The notes beneath the pieces were generated by a model. That model made no database searches. It was not told the origin of the DNA and saw only the letters and a list, made by a program, of their open reading frames with translations. Source: a virus. From it: a stretch of 45,441 nt of DNA. Below, one piece after another: positions 33,891-41,970 of the stretch. Within the stretch, counting starts at the first letter, position 1, and each line of letters begins with the position of its first letter. Where the stretch lies: positions 1 through 45,441 of the IMG/VR virus record IMGVR_UViG_3300045988_038629; one strand, 5' to 3'. A program made the position numbers and the translations under genes.

Positions 33891-35870
33891 TTATGAAAAC
33901 GGAACATTTGTTTTGGCATCAGTTGGCAGAAAGCCAGTTTCAACAACCTCATTTTCTTGCTCGTTTTCGAGATTTTTTATGTCGACAATCTTTACTGCAA
34001 TAAGCCTCATCACACTTCCCCCGTCTCTTTTTAATACCGTATCTCTTTTCCCTGTGTGTTTGACTAATTCTCGATTAATCGCCCAGGCTGAAAAGGCTTT
34101 TCTGGAGAATCCATTATTTTTCAAAAGATTTTCAAAAGGTTTCGGATAAAAATATACATATACATCTCCATACTCATCTGGTGTTTCCTTGAATCCCCAT
34201 TGATCGCAACTGAATTGAGCATCAAAGTGCTGCCCGTACACGGAAAGACTTTCAAGAATGAATTCATAACACCTCTGTCCTTCAGATACGTCTTTTTTGC
34301 GTGTAGGTATGTCTACAACGTCCTCAACCGTCAGCTCACGTCCATCCTTAAATATGAAATCTGTAGCTAATTTGTCAGCCAGCAGAAGTGTAGATATAGC
34401 CATGACCTGTTTTGCCGGAAAGTCATATCCGTCAAAACCTTTCTCAATTTCAACTTTCATTTCTTTCAGATCATCCGATGTGAACTGTTTGAGATTCCCG
34501 ACAAATACTCTTCCAGCAAACCCGTAGTTCTTCACGACAATGCCGTTAATCTCTGCTGGATTCTCGTAAATATCCTCGCAACACTCAATTTCAATAATTC
34601 TATTGATAGCTCCACCGGAATCTGCAAATTCCGAAATAGGGTTCTCGCCGTTACAAATAGTCACATTACTCCATGTATTTTCCTTAGCTGCTCCGAGGTC
34701 CTTATTTGACCTTCCTTTCCCTTTGCCGGAACAGAGATTGTAGATCAATGTTTCGTAGTTATCCCGGATATACTGAGAAACGTTCTTTGAATCATCCAGA
34801 ATCATCGGGAAATTATTGAGCATGTCCGCCCTTGTCTCTAATGATGTATCTGTTGACCGAAAGTTTCCAACGTAAGCTCCCGGCGCAGGATTTCCCCAAA
34901 CTGATGCCGCTATATTGATCGTTACTGTCTTTCCACCACCTGTCTGTCCGTAGAAATCTACGATGAACGGTAGCGCATCAAGCGGCTGTATAAGAACACT
35001 CGCAAAAGATGCTGCCAGTGCTATTCGCGGTTCTAATCGTCCACATGACCGTAGCTGCTTAGCCAGAGTTACCCATTTGAAGTAATCTCCATTTTCCTGT
35101 ATGCTTTGGAATAGTGTTTTAAAGCGGTATTCGCCATCAAAAACAATTGAAAGGTCGTAAGGCACAAATACATTGCCATGCCACCCTAACTTGCTTGTAG
35201 AGTGCTGTATGTCGATCATATCGGCATTGTACATTTCAACATCCGCCAGATACTTTACGAGAAGCCTTGCATTCTCTGAGTTGACCTGCACCCCGAACCT
35301 TGCAAGATTAGTTATTGCTCTGGAAGTCACAATGTCAATTTTTGGAACAGTTATTTCTGTCCAGTAGCCATCTCTCTTAAATGCTACAGTGATCTGTTCT
35401 TCTCCTGTCTCGATGTTTTTTAGCCGACGTATCGGCATGATCGGGTGGTGACATACAAGTTCTCTTGCCTTAGATGTTTCAGAGGAAAATATTCCGTTCT
35501 CTGTAGCTATCCAGCTGCCACAAGCCATATTAGGATATTCCTTATCAACAGAATCAGGATAGAAATTTGTGATGTTTTCAACCAACTGCATAGAACGATT
35601 TGCTTTTTCTTCTTTTTCCTTTTCCTGCTCTGCTTTCTGGAATTCTTTTATGAATTCCTCGGCTATGCTTTTTACTCTTACGTTCTTTGCTCTGTCCATC
35701 AACTTAAATTTAACTTCCGAGCGGTCGATTTTACTTTTTATCGCAAAAAGTTCTTCATATAACTTCTTCTGCATAAAATCATTTGCTTGCAAATTTTCAA
35801 TATTTTCAAGAATGCTTCTCACCTCCTGCCTTAGCTGATAATATTTCATATCTGCTTTTTTCTTTTTCAA
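33891..35870 (-). CDS. DUF927-type (Cch-like) replicative helicase
   Basis: Walker A GQTGGGKT and MILDDS (Walker B). Start uncertain: TTG at 35870 or ATG at 35849. Confidence 0.7.
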   Translation of the reverse strand: MKKKKADMKYYQLRQEVRSILENIENLQANDFMQKKLYEELFAIKSKIDRSEVKFKLMDRAKNVRVKSIAEEFIKEFQKAEQEKEKEEKANRSMQLVENITNFYPDSVDKEYPNMACGSWIATENGIFSSETSKARELVCHHPIMPIRRLKNIETGEEQITVAFKRDGYWTEITVPKIDIVTSRAITNLARFGVQVNSENARLLVKYLADVEMYNADMIDIQHSTSKLGWHGNVFVPYDLSIVFDGEYRFKTLFQSIQENGDYFKWVTLAKQLRSCGRLEPRIALAASFASVLIQPLDALPFIVDFYGQTGGGKTVTINIAASVWGNPAPGAYVGNFRSTDTSLETRADMLNNFPMILDDSKNVSQYIRDNYETLIYNLCSGKGKGRSNKDLGAAKENTWSNVTICNGENPISEFADSGGAINRIIEIECCEDIYENPAEINGIVVKNYGFAGRVFVGNLKQFTSDDLKEMKVEIEKGFDGYDFPAKQVMAISTLLLADKLATDFIFKDGRELTVEDVVDIPTRKKDVSEGQRCYEFILESLSVYGQHFDAQFSCDQWGFKETPDEYGDVYVYFYPKPFENLLKNNGFSRKAFSAWAINRELVKHTGKRDTVLKRDGGSVMRLIAVKIVDIKNLENEQENEVVETGFLPTDAKTNVPFS

Positions 35871-36303
35871 GGTTGAACTGGCACATATACCACTCTTCTG
35901 AACCAGGAGGGAAAGTTTTTAGTGCTGTTTCGTACATAAACATGTTCTTTTCTACCTGTTCAAGTTCGCTGGGATCCTGAGCGGGATTGCATTTTTTTGA
36001 TTTGATATCTCTCATTTCATGTCTGATCTGGTTGCGGCTTTTACCTTTTTTTGATACATAAGTACCGCCCAGTTCAATAAATGCAGTACTAAAAGGAACG
36101 GATTCGTATTGCATCACGAAATCAAACACATCACCGCCGATTCCACAGCCGAAACAGTAGAAAGAATCATCGTAGATTTTGCAGGATGCTGACTTTTCCT
36201 TGTGAAAAGGGCAACATATAAATCCCGCTCTGTTCGGTTTCAGTCCATATCTGGAAAGAATTTCCGGCATTTTCACTGACTGTTTGATTTCTTCCTTAGT
36301 CAT
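35806..36303 (-). CDS. CHC2 zinc-finger (primase-type) protein
   Basis: CCPFHKEKSASCKIY...FYCFGCG. No TOPRIM domain recognised. Confidence 0.7.
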   Translation of the reverse strand: MTKEEIKQSVKMPEILSRYGLKPNRAGFICCPFHKEKSASCKIYDDSFYCFGCGIGGDVFDFVMQYESVPFSTAFIELGGTYVSKKGKSRNQIRHEMRDIKSKKCNPAQDPSELEQVEKNMFMYETALKTFPPGSEEWYMCQFNLEKEKSRYEILSAKAGGEKHS

Positions 36304-36797
36304 GACAGCAACTCCAAGATTCGCCGTCCAGTCTCTTCTTTTGTACAGAATTCAAATTGGACTCCGTATTTATCTCTGATCGTACATAGAGATTTATATA
36401 GCTGGCAGCCGTCAACAGCCTTGTCAGATATCACAGTCTTTACTCTCTTGCCGTTTACAGTTCTCCAGATAACTTTATGTTTTCGGGGATTCTCCCAAAA
36501 ATACACATCACCAACAGATTTAATATCTGGACCATGCTCGCATAGGATGATTAACTGTATACCTGCTTCACGCGCTCTAATCAGCTCCGCTTTGAATCTT
36601 TCATGCTGCTGGCATACATTTCCGCATAACTCCTGCAAATCCTTTTTGCGGTCAATACAGAGCTTTGCATTGTCCAAAGATTGATAGTCTCCGCAGTATA
36701 ACTTTGATCGGAAATATTGTACTTCAAGGCTGTCAAACTGATTCTGAATCCGTTCCCATTCTGATTTATGTTCCCTTGTGTCTACTTGTATAACCAT
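36300..36797 (-). CDS. ERCC4 (XPF/Mus81)-type nuclease, probable junction resolvase
   Basis: VDTRE...GDY...IDRKKDLQEL motifs. Confidence 0.65.
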   Translation of the reverse strand: MVIQVDTREHKSEWERIQNQFDSLEVQYFRSKLYCGDYQSLDNAKLCIDRKKDLQELCGNVCQQHERFKAELIRAREAGIQLIILCEHGPDIKSVGDVYFWENPRKHKVIWRTVNGKRVKTVISDKAVDGCQLYKSLCTIRDKYGVQFEFCTKEETGRRILELLS

Positions 36798-36812
36798 TAA
36801 AAACACATCCTT

Positions 36813-37421
36813 TTAATTGAATGGAAGTTCTTCCTGTACACTGTCTGGAATATTCATAAAGTCAGTACCTGCCGGATTCGCTCCCATGATAGCTTCTTCC
36901 TTCAGATGATCGTCATAGGCTTTTGTGGTGCGCTCTTCTGGGATGTCCGCATCCTTAATTCCTTCAATACTGCGGAACCATGCAAGTTTGTGACGTTTTA
37001 CTTCTCTGTTGTCGTACCAGTCTTTCTCCAGACGAAAGATGCCTCCAATCAGCTTACCTTTGAACTGCTGTCCGAAGTTATCGCCCCACTTAACAGCAAA
37101 GCCCGGATTTGACTTTTCTACGCATGTAATAAATGTTTTAAGATTACGAACGCCATAGTCTACACTCTCATCAATAACCATATAGTTAGTGCCGGCATTC
37201 GGATATTTCTTGTCCGGACGAATGTCATTTTCAAACTGCTTCATAAAGTAGCCCGCCTGTTCGTCTCCTTCTGCGAAATCAAACAAGATAACAAGCATAT
37301 CAAGTCCACCCTGGGATTTTTTCTCTGATACCTGCTTAATAACCATCTTGTGTCCGCCAAGAGCAATCGGTTCAAATTCTCCTGCTGCCTGTGTTGTGTC
37401 ATAGCTATTTGGTTTCTGCAT
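36813..37421 (-). CDS. DUF669-type single-strand DNA-binding protein
   Basis: Adjacent to the Sak4-like ATPase. Acidic C-terminal tail DSVQEELPFN is like an SSB tip. Confidence 0.6.
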   Translation of the reverse strand: MQKPNSYDTTQAAGEFEPIALGGHKMVIKQVSEKKSQGGLDMLVILFDFAEGDEQAGYFMKQFENDIRPDKKYPNAGTNYMVIDESVDYGVRNLKTFITCVEKSNPGFAVKWGDNFGQQFKGKLIGGIFRLEKDWYDNREVKRHKLAWFRSIEGIKDADIPEERTTKAYDDHLKEEAIMGANPAGTDFMNIPDSVQEELPFN

Positions 37422-38061
37422 TATTGTTTTCTCCTTTTCCTAATTCGTAATAGTCTCTAATGATCTTGTCTACTTCTGCGAGATCATTATCAATAGTTAA
37501 ACTGTCAAACATTCCGATCGGAGACTTACTTACTGCTCCCTGGCTGGACTGAGTGACAAATAAGTGTTTTCCGCTTTCTTCAATACAGCGAAGAACGATG
37601 GTAAAAAGACCTTCCAAACAAATTTTTTCATCAAGTAGCTTTCCTATGGTCTTTGGTTTCACATCTCCAGAATCATCCTTTTCTTCGTGCATCATCATAT
37701 ATACAATTTTGTCCTGCGGTACTTTCGTAACTATAAACTGGATAAGATTCCAGAAATAATCACCAATGTTATTGTAAAGTGAAAATACTGCATTGCCTTT
37801 TCCGGCAGAAGCGTGTCCTCTCATAAAGTGGTTGGTGATAAGATATCCAGCATCATCAATCACAATAGAATCCGCTTTTGATGCAATCAGGCATTTCATT
37901 ACCTGCTGGTAATCATCTGTAAACCATCCGTCAATCTTTCCTTTGAACGGAAGCGGCTTATTTAATACTCTGATAAGGTTCCAATCGGAATTCTGACAGT
38001 TTCTAAGACTAGTACTTTTGCCGGATCCAGATTTTCCAATAATCAATACTGGTGTTGCCAT
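37405..38061 (-). CDS. Sak4-like RecA-fold recombination ATPase (AAA_24)
   Basis: Walker A GKSGSGKST, IVIDD. Confidence 0.7.
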   Translation of the reverse strand: MATPVLIIGKSGSGKSTSLRNCQNSDWNLIRVLNKPLPFKGKIDGWFTDDYQQVMKCLIASKADSIVIDDAGYLITNHFMRGHASAGKGNAVFSLYNNIGDYFWNLIQFIVTKVPQDKIVYMMMHEEKDDSGDVKPKTIGKLLDEKICLEGLFTIVLRCIEESGKHLFVTQSSQGAVSKSPIGMFDSLTIDNDLAEVDKIIRDYYELGKGENNNAETK

Positions 38062-38063
38062 TG

Positions 38064-38264
38064 TTATTCCTCCTTGTCATACACTACATACTTGCTGCCC
38101 TCAACGATCAGCAAACTTGCGATATCTTTCATAGATAAAGTTGATTCGTTATAAATCTCAACCAGTGCGTTGTATGCGTCTGTTGATACTTTCACGACCG
38201 GATTATCCTTATCAGTTGCAGGCTGTTTCTTTCTCGCCGGAATACGGATTTCAAAATCACTCAT
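38064..38264 (-). CDS. Hypothetical protein
   Basis: GGAGGAAAG RBS. Confidence 0.5.
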   Translation of the reverse strand: MSDFEIRIPARKKQPATDKDNPVVKVSTDAYNALVEIYNESTLSMKDIASLLIVEGSKYVVYDKEE

Positions 38265-38430
38265 TGATACTTTCCTCCTTATATGATTTTTGAGCCGTTA
38301 AAAGCCCATTTAAGGCTTGTACGTAGCTTGCCAATGTCCTTGCCTTGTATGATTCCTCTATCGGATTATCTGGCACAATAGCAAGCTGAGTGTCAATCAA
38401 TCTAACAATCTCATTAATGCGCTCTTCCAT
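38257..38430 (-). CDS. Hypothetical 57-aa protein
   Basis: MEERINEIVRLIDTQLAIV... The ATG lies 3 nt after the upstream stop. Confidence 0.4.
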   Translation of the reverse strand: MEERINEIVRLIDTQLAIVPDNPIEESYKARTLASYVQALNGLLTAQKSYKEESINE

Positions 38431-38432
38431 GT

Positions 38433-38669
38433 TTACACCGCCTTAAAAAAGCAATACACATTGTCAGAACCATCCCCTCTCACCGGATTTTTTTTGCCAT
38501 TCGAAAATACTCCGCCGGCACAGTGATACTCGAGGTGATTCAGATACATGTCCGGATTTTCCCAATCAAGAATGTACTCTTTCCGTCTGTTCAGCTCCGT
38601 CAGAAGCTCGTTCGCCGTTGTTATCAGTTCCATTGTCGGCAGGAGCTTCAACTCCATCTGATTCAACAT
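38433..38669 (-). CDS. Hypothetical protein
   Basis: GGGAGGTG RBS 8 nt before the ATG. Overlaps the tail of the upstream ORF by 104 nt. Confidence 0.5.
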   Translation of the reverse strand: MLNQMELKLLPTMELITTANELLTELNRRKEYILDWENPDMYLNHLEYHCAGGVFSNGKKNPVRGDGSDNVYCFFKAV

Positions 38670-38937
38670 TTAGCGGACACCTCCCGTCTATTAAGAGTCT
38701 AAGAAGATGTGCTTTTGCAAGTTTGCACTGCTCAGCTGATTCCTTCTTAAGCAGTTTACTATCAAAGTAGATTGTGTAATTTCCATCCTTTTTCCTGTTC
38801 GGATCCCACTTTGAATTCATAATGTCGATATCGCAAAGATGCACGTGCGAAGTGATGTAAAACGAAACAAAATAATCTGTTTCGTTTGAAACTCTCCATG
38901 CTAATTCAAAAAGCTCTTTGATTTCTTTTTCAAACAT
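38566..38937 (-). CDS. Hypothetical protein
   Basis: AAAGGAGAA RBS. The last ~35 aa may be incidental read-through. Confidence 0.5.
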   Translation of the reverse strand: MFEKEIKELFELAWRVSNETDYFVSFYITSHVHLCDIDIMNSKWDPNRKKDGNYTIYFDSKLLKKESAEQCKLAKAHLLRLLIDGRCPLNVESDGVEAPADNGTDNNGERASDGAEQTERVHS

Positions 38938-38952
38938 TTTCGTTCTCCTTTC

Positions 38953-39108
38953 TTAAAGCAGTGCTAAATACGTAAACAGTGCAAATACAATACCTGCCAG
39001 AACTTGCTGCAAGTTCTTCTCCCACATCCACACCGGAAGAAAAGTAAGCAGAATCCCAATAATCGCACTGACTACGATATCCTTTCTATTTTGTCTAGGT
39101 GATTTCAT
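38953..39108 (-). CDS. 51-aa two-TM membrane peptide
   Basis: MKSPRQNRKDIVVSAIIGILLTFLPVWMWEKNLQQVLAGIVFALFTYLALL. GGAGGGA RBS. Confidence 0.45.
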   Translation of the reverse strand: MKSPRQNRKDIVVSAIIGILLTFLPVWMWEKNLQQVLAGIVFALFTYLALL

Positions 39109-39134
39109 TCTTTTCCCTCCAAAAGGAAAAAAGA

Positions 39135-39320
39135 TTACAGACTGTAAGCAATATACCAGAAGATATTAGTAATGATTAACAGCGCGGCAGTCAAAAGCCA
39201 TGCACTGAACCACTTCTTAGTCTCTCTTTTTGCTTTTTTCACGATTTCGGTAGCTAGCATTGTTTCCAAATCGTTCCATGTAATCTTTTCATTGTTTGTT
39301 TCATTTTTTTTATTTTCCAT
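39135..39320 (-). CDS. 61-aa C-terminally anchored membrane protein
   Basis: WFSAWLLTAALLIITNIFWYIAY. Confidence 0.5.
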   Translation of the reverse strand: MENKKNETNNEKITWNDLETMLATEIVKKAKRETKKWFSAWLLTAALLIITNIFWYIAYSL

Positions 39321-39342
39321 GTTATTTTCCTCTCGCTTAATA

Positions 39343-39372
39343 TTGACTTTTTAGCGGATAGAGGATTATAAT
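39343..39372 (+). promoter_or_regulatory. Near-consensus sigma-A promoter TTGACT-18-TATAAT pointing antisense into the early genes
   Basis: TTGACT at 39343-39348, TATAAT at 39367-39372. Confidence 0.5.
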
Positions 39373-39445
39373 TTACCTGTATCCACTAAGGTTGGTTTAG
39401 TGGCTTACTGCTCCGGGGTGGAGGTTGTGACTCCCTCCGGGGCGC

Positions 39446-39607
39446 TTATGCCAAATTTGCTTCTTTTCTTCTGTAATAGTCCAAGATAATTCTCGAACAT
39501 TCATCGACAATCCTTTGATTGTCCTCAGCCGTGTTGTCTTTGCAGTAATCATCATGTATTCTGATTATCCCGCCAGATTCATTTTTTATTGTTTTAATTA
39601 CTGCCAT
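39446..39607 (-). CDS. Hypothetical 53-aa protein
   Basis: MAVIKTIKNESGGIIRIHDDYCKDN... AAAGGAGAG RBS. Confidence 0.45.
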   Translation of the reverse strand: MAVIKTIKNESGGIIRIHDDYCKDNTAEDNQRIVDECSRIILDYYRRKEANLA

Positions 39608-39646
39608 AAGAATCTCTCCTTTCTACGATAGATTATGATGCTTCTT

Positions 39647-40342
39647 CTATTTTGCTTCTTCTGCAAAATGTTTCTCCATGAGATCGGCAATCATCAAGTA
39701 TTCTTCGGCGATTTTGCCTTTTCTGGTATTTTTAACCTGTTCACGGAACTCTGGAATTGTTCCATAGAAGCAGCCGCAAGATACTTTGACTTGTTTGTCT
39801 TTGCATCTGAAGAATGTAGTTGTGCGGAATTGAGTACCGAATCCACGAATAGTTGTGTAATCTGCATTGCCGGACACCCATGCATCGCCGGACACCTCTG
39901 CATTGCCGGACACCATTGCATTGCCGGACACCCATGCATTGCCGGACACCCATGCATCGCCGGACACCTCTGCATTGCCGAACACTATTGCATTGCCGGA
40001 CACCTCTGCATTGCCGGACACCTCTGCATTGCCGGACACCATTGCATTGCCGGACACCATTGCATTGCCGGACACCCTTGCATTGCCGGACACCCATGCA
40101 TTGCCGGACACTATTGCATTGCCGGACACCTCTGCATTGCCGGACACCCTTGCATTGCCGGACACCTCTGCATTGCCGGACACCCATGCATCGCCGGACT
40201 GATTTACATTTTCTTCTTTTTCTACCCATCCGCCAGTTTCTCCGGCTTCTACGTTTCCAAACGAAATGAGTGCTTTGATTCGGAAAAGTTTCTTTCCGAA
40301 AATGTTAATTTTGGTTTCTGATGTTAATTCAAATTTCTTCAT
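39647..40342 (-). CDS. Hexapeptide-repeat (VSGNAx)18 beta-solenoid protein with conserved N- and C-terminal domains
   Basis: AAGGAGGAAAAC RBS. N-terminal FRIKALISFGNVEAGETGGWVEKEENV. C-terminal CGCFYGTIPEFREQV. Confidence 0.8.
   Translation of the reverse strand: MKKFELTSETKINIFGKKLFRIKALISFGNVEAGETGGWVEKEENVNQSGDAWVSGNAEVSGNARVSGNAEVSGNAIVSGNAWVSGNARVSGNAMVSGNAMVSGNAEVSGNAEVSGNAIVFGNAEVSGDAWVSGNAWVSGNAMVSGNAEVSGDAWVSGNADYTTIRGFGTQFRTTTFFRCKDKQVKVSCGCFYGTIPEFREQVKNTRKGKIAEEYLMIADLMEKHFAEEAK
39863..40200. repeat. 18-bp tandem repeat, 18.7 copies (TGCATTGCCGGACAC + 3 variable nt)
   Basis: Units listed by hand. Variable triplet is CCA, CTC, CAT, TAT or CCT. Confidence 0.95.
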
Positions 40343-40408
40343 GTTTTCCTCCTTAATTACTGTGAAGTTACAGCTTCTTTCTTATCTGATTCTTGCTCCA
40401 GATTATTC

Positions 40409-40636
40409 TCAGAAAAAACTTTCCGTCTTCTTCTCAAATAATGTCTTGCCATTCAGATTAGCTCGAAGCTCATATTTATGATCTTGATATTGACTCTCTT
40501 GAAGAATCTGGGCTAAAATGTCGTTTGGAGTAACCAATTGACATGTAAAAGTAGCTTGCGGACATTGAAGTTGTGACTCAATATCTGATATTCTCTTTTC
40601 AAGAGAACGGATCTTTTTCCTGGTTGATTTTTTCAC
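40409..40636 (-). CDS. Hypothetical protein, 3' paralog of 41199..41351
   Basis: GTG start after AAAGGAGAAAGG. Shares about 30 nt encoding KTESF(S) with the paralog. Confidence 0.5.
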   Translation of the reverse strand: MKKSTRKKIRSLEKRISDIESQLQCPQATFTCQLVTPNDILAQILQESQYQDHKYELRANLNGKTLFEKKTESFF

Positions 40637-40666
40637 GCCTTTCTCCTTTCTGCTGATAAAATTTCG

Positions 40667-40691
40667 TGTTATACTCTCCTTTGGAAAGGAG
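40667..40691 (+). promoter_or_regulatory. Extended -10 promoter TGTTATACT plus inverted repeat CTCCTTT-GG-AAAGGAG
   Basis: Paralogous arrangement to 41370..41395. Confidence 0.5.
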
Positions 40692-40700
40692 GAATTTGCT

Positions 40701-40946
40701 ATGCCCGATAATTTTGGTTTAAGTTACAGTGAACTTTCAGAAATCCGTACTATCAATCCAGAACTGGCAGCACACAATATTGCTTTAGCTTATATCCAAG
40801 CAGCTGCACAAGTTACTAAATTAAACAGCGAAGATGAAGTTGATTCTTCTGATGTACTGTCACTGTCCAACCAGTATGTACAAGCCTATAACTATGCTTA
40901 TAATTTTGTCGTTCATGAAAACAAGATTATAAACGAGGCTGAATAG
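40701..40946 (+). CDS. Hypothetical 81-aa protein, antisense-embedded
   Basis: GGAAAGGAGG RBS. Confidence 0.55.
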   Translation: MPDNFGLSYSELSEIRTINPELAAHNIALAYIQAAAQVTKLNSEDEVDSSDVLSLSNQYVQAYNYAYNFVVHENKIINEAE

Positions 40947-41154
40947 TATTTATTAAGGTGTCTTGACTCCGCTTATACATTTCTTCCATAACGGAGTCCA
41001 GATGCTTACGGGCAACTTTGCTTTCTGCGATTGTCAATTCTCCCATTGCCATTACGCAATTTTCTACTGCCTTGAGAATCTTTTCTTTATCATATCCAAG
41101 CATCTCTAAAGCATAGTCTGTAAGTCCGGCGATTGATTTTCTTTCCATCTTCAT
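40927..41154 (-). CDS. Hypothetical protein
   Basis: AAAGGAGTG RBS before MKMERKS. Confidence 0.5.
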   Translation of the reverse strand: MKMERKSIAGLTDYALEMLGYDKEKILKAVENCVMAMGELTIAESKVARKHLDSVMEEMYKRSQDTLINTIQPRL

Positions 41155-41198
41155 ACACTCCTTTCTACTTAACTTCTGGCAACCTTGGTTCAAGAAAC

Positions 41199-41351
41199 TT
41201 ATGAACTTTCTTTCTGCGCCTTGCCGGAATCATCTGGTTTATTCTCGGAAAAACTTTCCGTCTTACCAAGAATGTATCCTTTGTCAAACTCTGACATATT
41301 AGGAATCGCATCTTTCAGCTTTTCAATGATTCTTTTTTCTTTTTCTGACAT
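41199..41351 (-). CDS. Hypothetical 50-aa protein
   Basis: MSEKEKRIIEKLKDAIPNMSEFDKGYILGKTESFSENKP... AAAGGAGTGA RBS. Confidence 0.5.
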   Translation of the reverse strand: MSEKEKRIIEKLKDAIPNMSEFDKGYILGKTESFSENKPDDSGKAQKESS

Positions 41352-41369
41352 GCGCTCACTCCTTTCTTG

Positions 41370-41395
41370 TGGTATACTCTCCTGTGAAAGGAGAG
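41370..41395 (+). promoter_or_regulatory. Extended -10 promoter TGGTATACT plus inverted repeat CTCTCCT-GTGAA-AGGAGAG
   Basis: See 40667..40691. Confidence 0.5.
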
Positions 41396-41400
41396 ATGTT

Positions 41401-41781
41401 ATGGAAATTTCTGGTTCACAAATCAAATTGTTAAAACGTCTTTATAAAGCTGATATACCGTTGTCTGATTTTTCCAATTCGGAAAAAGGAGAAATAGAAT
41501 ATCTTGGGAAACGCGGGTTCATTAAATACAGTAAAGAAGATACCGATTCAAGAATCACACCAACCATTGTCTGCATTCAGTCAGCTGGAAAAGCTTTTTA
41601 TGATTCTTATGTAAGAGACCGCAGACGGTGGTATATCCCTGTTGCTCTGTCCATTGTTGCCATCGTAATTAGCTTATTTGCGCTGTACAAATCTGGACAG
41701 GTAATCAATGTTTACATTGACGAAAACAAAATGAATACGGTCACAGCTGAGAACCCTCCAGCAAATGCAGATAACAAATAA
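41401..41781 (+). CDS. Membrane-anchored 126-aa protein (possible superinfection-exclusion/abortive-infection function)
   Basis: Start at MEISGSQ. C-terminal TM WYIPVALSIVAIVISLFALY. Confidence 0.55.
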   Translation: MEISGSQIKLLKRLYKADIPLSDFSNSEKGEIEYLGKRGFIKYSKEDTDSRITPTIVCIQSAGKAFYDSYVRDRRRWYIPVALSIVAIVISLFALYKSGQVINVYIDENKMNTVTAENPPANADNK

Positions 41782-41951
41782 GGGAAATTCGGATATCTGT
41801 AAATGATTGGTAATCCGTCACCATACTTGCGCAACGCTCTGTGTGCTTGTCTAGCCATTTTCCCATGTGAATAATGAGGGTCACTGTTTATGGAATCCAG
41901 AATTTCCCATTTTGTCATGTTGTCATATTTTGACGGTGTTCTGTGGAACAT
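41712..41951 (-). CDS. First early-operon gene (Cro/antirepressor position), function unknown
   Basis: AAGGAGGTG RBS directly downstream of the early promoter. Its 3' end overlaps the convergent gene. Confidence 0.5.
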   Translation of the reverse strand: MFHRTPSKYDNMTKWEILDSINSDPHYSHGKMARQAHRALRKYGDGLPIIYRYPNFPYLLSAFAGGFSAVTVFILFSSM

Positions 41952-41970
41952 TTGTTGTCACCTCCTTGCT

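Noticed and set aside
39863-40200. Possible CRISPR array
   Set aside because: The units are contiguous 18-mers with no spacers, and they lie inside a coding sequence.
39635-40321. Large plus-strand ORFs (39635-40321, 39853-40269, 39867-40202) and extra minus-strand ORFs (39741-40229, 39694-39975) across the repeat array
   Set aside because: They are open only because the 18-bp repeat lacks stop codons in every frame. Only 39647-40342 has an RBS and non-repeat flanking domains.
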